Source: Nitrospirales bacterium | GTDB lineage: Bacteria > Nitrospirota > Nitrospiria > Nitrospirales > UBA8639 | Direction: 5' to 3' | Assembly: GCA_965203295.1 (NCBI GenBank) | Contig: CBDBCZ010000015.1 | Coordinates: 576,001-640,000 of the forward strand | Length of the DNA stretch: 64,000 nt | In this document: positions 52,331 to 64,000 of the stretch, piece by piece | Position numbering within the stretch: the first letter of the stretch is position 1 | Layout: each line of letters starts with the position of its first letter | Position numbers and translations under genes: made by a program | Notes under the pieces: model-generated | Told to the model about the DNA's origin: nothing | Database searches by the model: none | What the model saw: the letters and a program-made list of their open reading frames with translations, nothing else

Positions 52331-55299
52331 ATTATGGGCGGTTTTGTTTACATAGAAGGTTTTACACACCAGTAAACTGTTGTTGCAGCAAAATTGATTT
52401 TGTAGAAAATTGATCGGTTATACTAGAGGGGCGGTTACCTTTAAGGGGGCGGTTATTTATCAGATTTTACAGTATAGTATGGATATGCACGTACCTCTTT
52501 ACAGCAAGTAAATGTATGCAACTCCCTTCCATCTCCCCAACTGGTTCTTTGTGCTATTCTTAGGCCTATGCAAGAGCAACCATCATTTATGTGTGTTAAG
52601 TCCTCGAAATTGCAGGCGTTCAGATATTGGTCAACCAAAGTAAAGGGGCCAAAGAGGTCAATTGGAGGTGCTGAAGTGACCTCTGCACGACACATTCATT
52701 GATCACGGCACTTTCCCATCTCTTCTCATTATCAAAACATGTTTGGTCACTAGCAATACATAACTGTAGGTGTGTACTACACCACCAAATCAGAAATTGT
52801 GGCAAACTCAAGGGGGAGAGAACTCAAGGGGGAGAGGACACTCCCACGGACTCAGTCTGTAGTCACAACCACTCAAAGCTATGACCAACTCTTTCCTGTG
52901 GTTTGACTGCTCAACAATTTTGGCCTCAACCATATGAGGGAATTTCCCTAAAGCTTGCCAAAACAGAAGACTAGATTCATTCTTCAATGTGACCTGATGC
53001 AGACAACCTTTTCTAAATGTGCCTTGACTGTTCAAGACTAATTAACTCATTGAGCATGATAGGCGTAGTTATACCTCTATACAAATTACTTCTGCGTACC
53101 ATGACAGATTTACGCCTAGTGACAACTTCCATGCAAATACATGTGGCAAGGGGTTAGACTCTGCCCATATAAATGTAGCTGTGGCAGCAACAGGAAGGGG
53201 GAGAACCCAATACACTTTAGCAATCATTCTGAAGCTCCGCCTTTTGAGCTTAACTTGTATCGAGACTTCTACATGTATATTGCTGTATATACGGCAGGGT
53301 TGGCAAGCCTTTCAGCACTTGGAACGGGGGTTTGGACGGCCCAAAGTGGGTTCTGGCTGTAAGCCTAGTACCTATCAACCAAGTGACTCACCAGCTAGAG
53401 GGCAGACAGAGAAAGGACACAAAAATAGACACTACCAAGGTTAAGCCTTCAAAGTAGCCTTGCCTTTAAAATAAGACTTGTACCATTTTTATCCACTAGG
53501 GTTCTTGCTTACAGCGGAGCACCCAAAAGCCACGGAGTGTAGAGTACTACGTATTTTGGGTTTGTAATGTAGTAAAATGTAATGTACCTGTAATATTTGA
53601 TCACGTTACATCACATAGTCATACCCATCTTCAGGGGGCCTTCTGTAGAATGGTGTGGTAGGTTGAGTGGAGTAGTTTATACTGCAGAAGTAGTCTTGTG
53701 CCCAGCTTCACCTCAGAAAGGTGGGTCTGGCGCCCTGTATATTCAAAGTCGGGCAGTATTACATCAGCGATCCCACTTCTCAATCGGCAATGCGATTGGT
53801 TGATTATGGTATTACCACCAAACGGGTATCACACTTGCAGTAGGCGCTACGTGGATACTGTAATTGTGACATCTGTTTGGGTGATGTGCATGTCCTTAAT
53901 ACAGAGGTGTCCTTTAAGAGGGGTTCCAATGTATACTGCTTCCGTATTACTCCTTACCACGTGGTTGAGATAATTCACGGATACATTTGCTGTATTTCTG
54001 CACAGTGTATCAGGCTCTACTTTCCTCCCCCACAAGAACCTAGTCACAAGGCTACCCCCAAGGTAGCCGTTTTACTGATTTCAACAACCTAAAGCATTAC
54101 AAAACTTCAAGCTCGTGCATCTAGTCAAAAATCAATGACCAAGTTTTGCGTGGCGTGGAAGTCATAAACAATAATGATTTAGACTGATCTATGGGAGTGC
54201 CCCCAGGCCTAAACACCGAATTTAGCACACACACCGATCACGAAATCAAACAGCTAGTTAGACAGTCCCTTAGTTGATAACAGTCAATACAATGGACATG
54301 TCCCATGAAAATGTTACTAAGCATCATGTATCAGTTATTAGATTGAACAACTCTCAAACCTAAAATACATTATTAGACACCAAAAACACTGGATATGTAG
54401 CTTTACATGATGGATTTACTTCGATCAAGACTAGTCTAGCTAGCTATCCCCAACTTCTCCCCACCTTGGGATCGCTTGCAGGATCTAGCTAGACTAGATC
54501 AAGACTCCCTTTTCTATATAAGCCAAATTGTATGCACGTGGAACGTCAAAGGGGTTTACACGCGGACCGCTAAATTAATGTCCGTGCACGCTATACGAGT
54601 GCTGCAGCCAGTATGGAGGAATTAGGATCTCCAGCAAGGCTACTAGCTGTGATCCAAGGCCATCTGAACGCTGGAACAGAAATGTATCCCAATGCATGTG
54701 TTTTTGCGAGATCTAGTGCTCCGATATCCAGCAGCAAGGCAGAAGTACAGAAGGCCTTTCCGCGGCAAAGGTATGCGTGCTGCAGTAAATTTAGTGTTCA
54801 TGGTAGTTGTATAGACCATAGATAGTATCTATGTATAGACATCTGCTGGATCCTAATTGTAGACCCACTTAGTCGTAGGACTCGCAACTGATCGTGGGCG
54901 ACTTTGTGAACGAACCCCTCCCCCTTTCTCATAGTGCTATATTGCCAGGTTATGAACTACTACTAGCTCCTAGAAATAGATATTTTGCCAGGAATACACG
55001 CGCATAATGTGCCTCAGCAAATTAGGCAGGACTTTTTACACCATAAGTAGTCCCCCCCCCCCCCCAGTCTAGTTAGCCATCTGTGGACCAATATGGGATA
55101 GGCTTAGTCTCGTGACCAGCCACGAGACTAGGGATAGGCTGTGAAAGTAGTGTTAGAACTTTAATGGTGCATGGTTCACTGGAGCACAATCCATTTTATA
55201 TCATCTACTGTGATATATATGTGAAAGTAAATGGTTAAGTCACAGATTTGCAAGCTGTACTGCACCAGAGTGAAATTTATTGATCACTGTTTTGCTAGT

Positions 55300-56360
55300 G
55301 GCACACCAGTTCACTGGGTTACTGGTTCACCTGGTGCACCGGGTCACTGGTGCACCGGTGCACCGGGTCATTGGTGCACCGGGTCACTGGTGCACCGGGT
55401 TACTGGTTCACCTGGTGCACCACCATGGAGGTGCACTGGGTCACTGCCCATGCAGAGTTTCCTTGCAAGTACTTGAAAGGTCCTGGTGTATGTGACAATC
55501 AGAAAAAATCATTTCTGGCCGTAGAGCACGTGATGCGCAAGCTAGAGCGGTAACAGACCAACACACACACACACACACACACACAATGAGTACTGTAATC
55601 TCGCCCCCGCATGGGCGAGGTTAACAACCTCAGGTACAGGTACTTTAAAAGCCAAATTCTATAATTTCCCATTCACCAGCCAGGTAGCCGGGTGCATCAG
55701 GTAAACCACCAGGTGAGCTGGTGACCAAGTGACCCGGTGCACCAGGTGAACCAATGCACCAGGTGTACCAGTGTCCCAGTGACCCGGTGCACCAGTGACC
55801 CAGGTGAACCAGTGACCCAGTGACCCGGTGCACCAGTGACCCACTAACCCAGTGCACCAGGTGCACCAGTGACCCAGTGACCCAGTGCACCAGGTGAACC
55901 AGCTGTGACCCAGTGACCAGGTGCACCAGCTGTGACCCAGTGCACCAGTTGAACCAGTGACCCGGTGCACCAGCTGTGAACCAGTAACCCAGTGCACCAT
56001 GCAGTATAACCAGTAACCCGGTGCACCGGTGCACCAGTGACCCGGTGACCCGGTGCACCGGGTGCACCAGTGACCTGGTGACCCAGTGACCCGGTGCACC
56101 TGGTGAACCAGTAACCAGGTGAACCAGTAACCCGGTGCACCAGTGACCCAGTGACCCAGTGACCCGGTGCACCAGGTGCACCAGTGACTCAGGTGAACCA
56201 GTGACCCGGTGCACCAGTGACCCAGTTACCCGGTGCATCAGGTGAACCAATGACCCGGTGCTCCGGGTGAACCAGTAACCCGGTGCACCGGGTGAACCAG
56301 TAACCCCGTGCACCAGGTGAACCAGTGAACTAGTGCACCAAGTGACCTGGTCACTGGTCT
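55300..56360. repeat. ~9-bp GGTGCACCA/GTGACCCA minisatellite in two opposed blocks (55300-55448 and 55680-56360)
   Basis: gggtcactggtgcacc in the first block vs ggtgcaccagtgaccc in the second. Confidence 0.9.
55553..55624 (+). mobile_element. Helentron/HINE-like 3' end: (AC)n plus GC hairpin plus TTAA
   Basis: (ac)n-aatgagtactgtaat-CTCGCCC ccgcat GGGCGAG-gttaa. Confidence 0.5.
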
Positions 56361-56940
56361 GAATGGTGATAGATGATATTGAATGAATTGGTGAACCAGG
56401 TGTAGCTATTATGCAGCAGTACATCACCTGAACTAGTGCATAATTCTATGTGCATTGCATTGAGGTACATAGTGAAACCACAACTACATCCATATCTATG
56501 CATGGGTGACCCGTGATCCATGCACCATCCGAAATGCGGCGGTCGCATGACGCAATAACCCAAATCACTTGCAGGATCTTGGCCAAGATCCTGCAAGCGA
56601 TCTCAAGGTGGGTAGAAGTTGGGGATAGCTAGCTAGAATAGTCCTCCCCTTCCTCCCAAAGTGGTCCCCCCCCCCAGACCATCTGTCGCAGAATAATTGG
56701 TCCCACGTGGACCATCTGTGGCACTGTACATGGTCCCCCTTTATCGTAAATGGTCCCCCCCATTTATCCAGCTAAAAATGCCATCTCAACTGCTCTGAAG
56801 CTGTAACTTTGAATGATGGAGGAGAGCTAGTAATAACAACAGTTGTATTATCCTGGACTTCACCCAGGATAAATAATTTAATGTATACAAGATTTTTTTT
56901 AAGTAGCATGTGGACAACTAGCTGTCACTGCTTTCAAATT

Positions 56941-57020
56941 TAATTTTCCCCGTGCTGCTGAGCATGCATGAACGGGGTTAAGCAATCGGTTTCGTCAGTT
57001 TGTCATCATCGTCCGTCATA
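56941..57020 (-). mobile_element. Second Helentron/HINE-like 3' end
   Basis: Hairpin ccccgt..acgggg (56948-56977) next to a degenerate (gtc/atc) microsatellite. Confidence 0.4.
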
Positions 57021-57447
57021 ATAATAAAATTACAGGCGATTTAAGGTCAGGCCCAACTAGAAGTGGAGATATGGTAAAATTTCATGCATGTACGGTTTTT
57101 ACGCTCATAACTCGACAACACGGCAATGGAAGGCCACAAAAGCTATGCTGGGCTAGAGTATAGAAACTAGAGAAAGCCCAAAAACAAAGGTTTGTCCGTG
57201 TGTGCAGTATTTCTGCCGTACAGGTGCTATATATTCACTTACCAGCTTGAAATGCATTCACGGTAAATCTCTCCGAATCCAAGAGACAGATGCTGCTAAC
57301 GCCACGGCTGTATCTGTAGGTCTATAAGATGGGGGGATGGCCTATAATGAGAGAGGAATTACAGTTGGAATTGGCTGGGTCCTACTGGCAAGTGCTACTA
57401 GCGGGTTTAGTGGCTATATAAAGCTTGCCTACTGCTCTGCTGCCAAG

Positions 57448-57525
57448 GGGGCTCCAGTAGCTCAATTGGTAAGAGCATGTGACTAGTATTCAGAAGGTCC
57501 TGGGTTCAATCCCCAGCTGGGTCCC
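57448..57525 (+). tRNA. tRNA-Thr(AGT)-like pseudogene within repeat 57340-57585
   Basis: Same sequence with one anticodon-stem mismatch. Upstream TATATAAA at 57415-57422 and downstream TTTTT. Confidence 0.55.
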
Positions 57526-57854
57526 GATTTTTCGGGATTTCTTTACTCTTTTAGAAAGCTTATCTTCTCACAGAAGTTTGCAATGTGTGCATAGGCTTAT
57601 TGCCTGTTGTGGATATATATCATTGGTGGCTGTGAATGTGCCATTTGTAGATATGATGTCACTGCTGAAGTATGACACTGCTGAAGTCAGCGAGGTAGCA
57701 GAAGTGGAAGAAAGCATTGAGAGCTCGTGGATGTGGAATAGAAGTGCAATGTTGACTGTCAATGAATTAGTCAGCCCAAAAGGATAATTTGGACGAATAA
57801 TTATGTGGTATACCCATTTTACGCATGCTATATCCAAACCATTTTATATAGATC

Positions 57855-58250
57855 TAGGCCAGGGGGTGCACACGGTTGTAGTGTGATGTCTATATCCATT
57901 AGAGAAAAGGTTGAGAAAGCTGGGTTTGGCATAACTATAATATTTTAAAGGTAATGTTTGCTGATGATTTTGTCGGCTTAACTACTAATGCTGAGGACCT
58001 CAAACATTAATTAATGTAGTACGGGAGGTTTGTAAACTGAAAACACTTGGCTGTTCTTCTAAAATGCGAAGTGAAGCAGTAAGGGGGGATATGGGATTAG
58101 AATCTTTGAAAGGTAGGAGGGAGAGGTGCAAACTTAAGTGGTGCTGTAGAGTCAATGATTTGGATGATCAGAGATATCCTAGATTACTACTAGACACAGG
58201 ACTGTGAGTAGGAAGTGAAACTGTGTAGTGGTAGGCAGAGGAAGACCTAT
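57855..58250 (+). mobile_element. Non-LTR retrotransposon (LINE) reverse-transcriptase relic
   Basis: QGCT.L, MFADDFVGL..AEDL and LGCSSKMRSEAVRGDMGLESLKGRRERCKLKW..QRYPRLL. Internally deleted. Confidence 0.75.
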
Positions 58251-61000
58251 AGGATTAATAAAGCATGATTTATTTTGTAACACCCACACGCACATTTATA
58301 CAGCACTGTAGCTCTATACATGTTTATCATGTCACTGTTACAGTACAATAAAGAAGGAGCTGTTCCTTTCACTCTATGTACGTGTGATGATTCCTCTATC
58401 TTTGGGAAGGTCGTAGAACACTGTACCTTAAGTACACTCTATCTTGAGACTTGAACTCAAAGCCACGCCAGGCCAGACTAAGTTTTCGCCAATGGATTTC
58501 CACTGAGAACGGATCAACAAAGGCTGCTACATACTTCTTCAAGCTTCCGGATTGAAAGATAAACTTGCTAGTAGGCTAGTTGAATACTCATGCTCTTAAT
58601 TAGAATTATGTCATAAGGCAGTGCAAATTGCCAAATTTAAACACAGGGATTACATCTTAATAACCTTTGTGTACCAAATCGCCAAATTTAAATTTTGCCA
58701 ATATCAATTTGTAGCCATTTTTTGGCATTTTGCCAAATTAATGCTCGCTAAATTTTCCCACTATACAGTATATAACTTGTCATAGCACTGGCAGTGCCTT
58801 TGAAATGCCCCACACAATGCCACAACTAGCTGTTTAACAGAATATCTCACACAATCATAAACAAAACTTAGAACTCTCTGCGAGGTAAATCTATGCTTGG
58901 AAGAATATACTATGCAAATTCTGTCTTAATTGACTTACTGCCTATAGCTTCTTCGAATGCAGTTAAGCCACATGTCATTTCTGTATTTTCCTACCAATGG
59001 AATGGAAGTAGCATAAAATGTAACTACTATTTCATCCTCAGTTGGGCACAGAGTTCATTTGTGGTGTTTCCGGTGGTGAGAGGAGGCGCACCAGCATTGG
59101 CATGGAGCTGATCATTGAGCCTCAGATACTATTTCTGGATGAGCCTACCAGCGGCCTGGATGCCAACACTGCTCTTTCTGTTATCAAGCTACTCAAGGAG
59201 TGAGTAGCACCCTATTGCTGCATAATTCTGTCCACTTTTCAAAACATTGCATTGGCAGACACAGATAACTACATACACTCTACAGTACTAAGTCTAATGA
59301 TTATTTGTTTCAGGAAAAAATTGCTGACTGACAAAATGTGCGTAAATGTTGTGAACTTACTTGGGATTGCAAGAGAGAACATGTTTGCTAGCCCAATACC
59401 CAGGCCTAGCTGCATTGCTAATTTTTTTAGTGGCTGTGAAAGAATGCATGAAGATGGTTCTAAACTAGGTTGAAATTGTAGGTGCTGTGCTGTATAATTA
59501 TTCTTTTCATTCGCAGGCACGTCTTCACACATGCCTTAATTTCTAATGCCCTATACACTGAGTAAATCAGAAAATTATATCATCATCTTGTCTATCCACC
59601 AACCCTGGTATTCCATCTTCAAGCTCTTTGACAGCCTCACTCTCTTATCACTGGGTGAAGTGGCCTACCATGGCCCTGCCCAAGATGCTCTGAGACACTT
59701 TGACAGGATTGGTAATTAAAGACAGTGCATGATGTGTTAATTAATTAATTGGCATATTATCAAGTGCTTCACAGTTTAAGACTAAATCAATGAATGCATA
59801 GTACAGCTATTAGCTAGGGCTAACACCCACACATACAACCGTAAATACCATTCCTGTTGTCCAATTGATTCGTTTATGGTAACTACAGCAGTGTGCTGCA
59901 CTGATTGATACAGAGTTGTCTTACAGGAATGGTCAATCTTCAAATGTGTGGTATGCACAATCATGCCTATATAATTAAACTCTAACAATTCCCCCTGGGA
60001 GTACATTAATTAATTAACATGCTTTCCTCACAGGTCCTGCATGGTTGTGATTGATGTTCAGGATGAAATTTCTCGATGGTAAATTTTCTGCACATTGTAC
60101 TCAATGAACCGAGAATCTACATACTAGTGGAGACTTGAAAGGCAGGCTGTGCTGTTAGAAACGTATACACATTCTACATAGTTTTTTGATCATCGTATAC
60201 GCAAAGTAAGCTCTTGCAAGAATTATATGCCACTTTTAGTATCGTCACAACATGCAGGACCTGTGATGAATGTACTCACATGAAAAGATGTTAGAGTGCA
60301 ATTATAGGCATGATTGTGCCTATCAAGCTTTGCTATGACTCTGTATGCTTTAGTAGTACTACCTATTTCCTATTATACTAAGTGTGTTTCTCTGCTAATT
60401 ACCTGCCCTCTGCTCACTCTTACTTTTTCGCCTTAGGATTGCAGTTACATACATATTTGCGAAAATTTCCAGCTAATTATACATTGAACTAACAAGACAT
60501 AGCTAAACAGCACTGTGTTTTACTATAATCTCACAGGTTTCCACTGTGAACAGCATGAGAACCCTGCAGACTTTTTCCTGGATGTTCTTACACTCTGCGA
60601 AGACTGGTCTGCTGCTGACCAGGTTTGCAGATACTGGTTTAGTACAGGTTGGTTGTAGTGGCCCATTACAAAAGGCAAATTTGTAACTGGTAAATGCACA
60701 ATCTCCTGAGAGTTCAAAGCAGAAAGCTGTGTGACAACAGACTCCTCAAATTTCAATTGATCACTTACACATATACTCACTCACTCATTCTCCTGGTACT
60801 GACCTTCAGTCCAAAGAGTTGTACATGCACTTGGTTGATATACAACTATGGATCAAATTCTTGATTGCGTGAAATTCGTTAAAGTGTCCTGGCACAAGCA
60901 GTATGCACTTTCTCTACCCCTGAGCAGCTCTCTTGTTTAATATAGGTAAATGAGGCGATTTTTATAGCCTCTGGGGGAAGTTTCAAACTATATTTAGAGG

Positions 61001-61104
61001 TAGCCTCGAACCCAGGCCTTCCCCACACTCGTAAAAAAAAAAGAAGTTAAAGCGGGGTTTATAACTTTTCTTGTGAGTGCTAGGAAAGCCTGAGTTTGAG
61101 GCTA
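61001..61104. mobile_element. Small TA-flanked MITE in an ABCG intron
   Basis: tagcctcgaacccaggc..gcctgagtttgaggcta inverted termini. Confidence 0.7.
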
Positions 61105-61380
61105 AGCCACTGTCCCAGTAGGCTCTCTCTCATTTTGAAACCGCTTCTCTCTCGCTCTGCCCTACACTACTTCTGAAACTGAGTATCTGTCAATGTGCAA
61201 TGTGTAACATGTGTATTTCAAGAGTGTTCAACAATGGACTAATATGCCTAAACAGAATAATAAACATTAATGTGGCACAATGAATGGGGAAAAAAACCTC
61301 GAATTCAACTCACTACTCGTCGATAAGCCTTACTCAGAAGTGTTTACATAATCACTAATTAGCCCCCCTGGAGGTGATAT

Positions 61381-61854
61381 TAGTGTATAGCACCATATTT
61401 TCAAGGGGACAATTCTTGCGGATTGGTCGTGTAAAAAAAAAATTGGCAGGCCACAGATTCTTTCATTGTAGTGCCCATGCTCATAGTAGTGGATAGAGCA
61501 TGCATGGTTGCAGCTATAACTTATATAATCTACTGTTTGTTTCCCTATCTCAGTTTTCTGTTCTGGTATGATCTTTTGTATACGAATCTCTTTTCGCCGG
61601 TTTGCTGCAGCTAAGGCATGCGCCTCGTGTCTCACCTTCCTGTTAGACATGATGAAAGCCAACCGTATTGCTTTTTTACAGTGGACCCCAATTAAGGATT
61701 AATTCAAGACTAAAGCCTGTACTTCGAAGCAACTGATACAAAACTGCGGGAATAATCCGATGTGCAAAACGTTTCTGAGGAAAAAGTTCACAGACCCTCA
61801 TTTTCGAGATGGTTCCGCGAAATTATGAGCCTCAGAAATTTGGCACTATACAGT
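61381..61854. mobile_element. TACTGTATAG-type MITE in an ABCG intron
   Basis: tagtgtatagcaccatattt..aaatttggcactatacagta imperfect TIRs. A similar lone end lies at ~58750-58770. Confidence 0.55.
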
Positions 61855-63239
61855 AGTCCAGACTATCACGTGCATTAGCAACATTAACTTCTCACTACTG
61901 ACCGTGACACTATGTTACAGCATGGCTCAATGAACTCTATTCCTCATTCCATCACATCTAATTGTAAATGTTGAGATGTAGACTAAAACCGCATTTTTAA
62001 AAGAGAAAAGCAAAAGAATAAAAGTTGTAGGAGAACTGAAGCCATTGGTGAAACAAGCAGATATGTGCATATTATACTATCGTCATGTTTTGATTTGAAA
62101 ACTTGTTGTTTATTCTCAGCCAGTAGTGTTAATATATACGCCACTGCTGTATTTAGAGTAGGTATCTCCCTAATATTACTGGACGTATTATAGTGTTGTG
62201 TACCAAGTAATAATAGTTTTCTTTTCACTACAAAACTTACTGTTTCTTTTATGCAGCTGTTAATCGTTAGTGTGCGGTCAGTGGTGAACTTGTGGAGGGT
62301 CCCCATAGCCTCCATCTTCCAGGTAATGGGAAGGGAGCTCTTTGTGCTTTTATTCAGGGTAGGGTACGAGGCTATATAGGTAGCGGTATATGTATACATC
62401 TCCAACTTGAACTGCTGTCTTTTTTCAACCTGCACAGATCCTGGTGATGATCATATTTGCCATTCTGGTGGGTATCATCTACCTGCGCATTAATTCCCGA
62501 GAACTGACAGCTCTGAACGTGGAAAATGCATTTTATGACAGGTTTTTGTGTATTGTACATGTACTCATGTTGCCATGTTATTAGACGAATATGCAGAACG
62601 AAGGTTAGGCAGTGAAAGCTTATAGCAAACTTTTATATACATAAATAGTTAAGATGCCAGTTCTATATTTTATACCTAAAAAAGATTACCAAAGCGTGAT
62701 TGAAATGTTGCAAGTACAAGTTTACTGTAAGCCATCAGTATCCAAGATTCTTTCTGCACGTAATACGTGTATTGCTTAATGAAGGGCAGTAATTACTACG
62801 TAGCTATAGGTCATTTAGTCCCACATATTATTATAATCTCGGAATTTTTTACCAAGCCAGAGCCGCTTTGAGACTATGTACTAGCTTGCTTAGTAATCTT
62901 TAGTTGGTGAGATATCTGTTATACTCACTTTTTGCAGGATTGTAGCTTTTTTCTTCATTGTCATGAACCAAGTGTTTGCAAATGTCTGCTATTGACCTCT
63001 TCATACGGCAGAAAGCACAGTTTTTGTAAGTGTATTTCTGCACCCTTGTACAGTAAGTGTAAGAAACTGTAATTCTAGTGCCCCCTCAAGATGGGAAAAC
63101 CTAGTCAAGAGAGCAAGAGTACGAGTGAATTACTTCAATTGAAACAAATTTGTTCTGGCGATTGAAGCAGGAAAATGTTATTTCCAGTACATTTGCCTCG
63201 TTCAGCAGACTGTACAGTTACTTATCAGGCTATCAAATA

Positions 63240-63611
63240 GTAAGCAATGTAAAAAGGCTTTTATCTTTCCTACTATCACAGACAGCACTCCTAGCAAATC
63301 TATTCAACCTGAAAGCCAGCTAGTAGCTACAACAGTACACCAATCTTAGACTAGCTCTTGCTTAGCCACAATGGCTGGCAGTATTACAAACTACAGACAG
63401 AGGTGGAGTAACTTACAGCGTTTTCCGATGCTGAGTGAGCACTCTTATTGCTCAATCAAAAAACCATTCCATGCTACAAACAAGTTAAACCACTGCTCCA
63501 GGCGGGCTGTATGGAAAATTCACTTGTGCTTAGAGTCCTCAGGTTTCACCCTCGTGCTCTAATTGAATATTGCACTTCCCATACAGCCCTTGGAGCTGTA
63601 TGTGGTTTAAC
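63240..63611 (+). mobile_element. Diverged paralog of hairpin element A in an ABCG intron
   Basis: Aligns to 2745-3150 (actatcacagacagcactcctagcaa; ccatgctacaaacaagttaaaccac). Hairpin 63484-63611 with centre CTCAggtTTCaccCTCG. Confidence 0.8.
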
Positions 63612-64000
63612 TTATATGTAGTATATTCCCCTCATATGCATACATATGTATAGGCATGAGAACGCCAATGCATTCTTTTTGGCCAAAGTCTTTTCGGACT
63701 TGATTCCGATGCGAATCATACCCCTGTGTGCATTCTAAGTGACAGTTTACCTTATGGTTGGTGAGTGCAAAAAAAAGATAGTTCAGATCTTAATTAATTC
63801 ATACCCTGCACAGAGACAGGAACAAGTATGCGTAGCTCACATACATGTAGCTGATACATTCCAAATGCCTTCAAAAGTTTATACAAACTCCTAAAATATG
63901 GTAACTCCACTAGCACTGAGTCAATAACCATTTCATCGGAGTTGGTCACTGCTTTGACAGCTGTCTCCCCAAAGACATATTCTACTTCCAGTTGGCCAAA

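Larger units (their letters stand above)
54429..56643. mobile_element. Region bounded by 58-bp inverted repeats (putative non-autonomous DNA transposon)
   Basis: 54429-54486 vs 56586-56643 are reverse complements with 3 mismatches. Could instead be two independent MITE remnants. Confidence 0.55.
59042..63760 (+). pseudogene. ABCG2-like: ABCG2-like ABC half-transporter, multi-exon, disrupted
   Basis: Exons: 59042-59199 ([26 protein letters not shown]), ~59557-59711 (LSIHQPWYSIFKLFDSLTLL..YHGPA), 60537-60622 (FHCEQHENPADFFLD), 62257-62322, 62438-62541, 62938-63025, 63654-63760 (FLAKVFSDLIPMR). Frameshift near 62984 and TAA at 63736-63738. No Walker A exon recognised upstream. Confidence 0.88.

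Noticed and set aside
52453..53035. Possible minus-strand exon(s) ending at a GAG|GTACGT donor
   Set aside because: Frames are interrupted and no recognisable family; cannot be supported without a search.
54530..54630. CTWNVKG resembling an APE endonuclease start
   Set aside because: No downstream QE or GDFN motifs; too short to support.
55231..56427. Collagen-like or His-rich ORFs (GSPGAPGH)
   Set aside because: Minisatellite translation; no sustained Gly-X-Y frame, and open on both strands.

Overview
Eukaryotic (metazoan-like; a sponge or other invertebrate is only a guess) repeat-dense window with no intact protein-coding gene. Positions 1 to about 39,525 form a giant, essentially spacer-less inverted repeat with its axis at 25043/25044. 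The left arm runs off the window. Reading inward, each arm carries a dead DUF3504/Crypton-type tyrosine-recombinase (YR) gene, a tRNA-derived SINE, four hairpin modules, a 10-bp GTATAC satellite with a 342-bp higher-order unit, a 34-bp minisatellite and a central 114-bp satellite. Positions 40-58 kb hold decayed transposons (P-element/THAP9-like transposase, Ulp1+PHD relic, Penelope GIY-YIG, LINE RT, MITEs, Helentron-like ends) and a second 10-bp satellite (CTACTGCACT). Positions 59-63.8 kb hold a disrupted multi-exon ABCG2-like gene. The most striking signal is a set of largely sequence-unrelated non-coding elements with one shared architecture: short inverted repeat, body, inverted repeat, then a 120-180 bp hairpin. 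The hairpin mismatches are predominantly CTCG/CTCG and its loop is TTC or TGC, so one defined strand would fold with a GNA triloop and tandem sheared G.A pairs, always in the same polarity. These may be single-strand-folded, attC-like substrates of the neighbouring Crypton YR (hypothesis). Almost all ORF-track entries are satellite translation artefacts. Identities quoted are by-eye counts.
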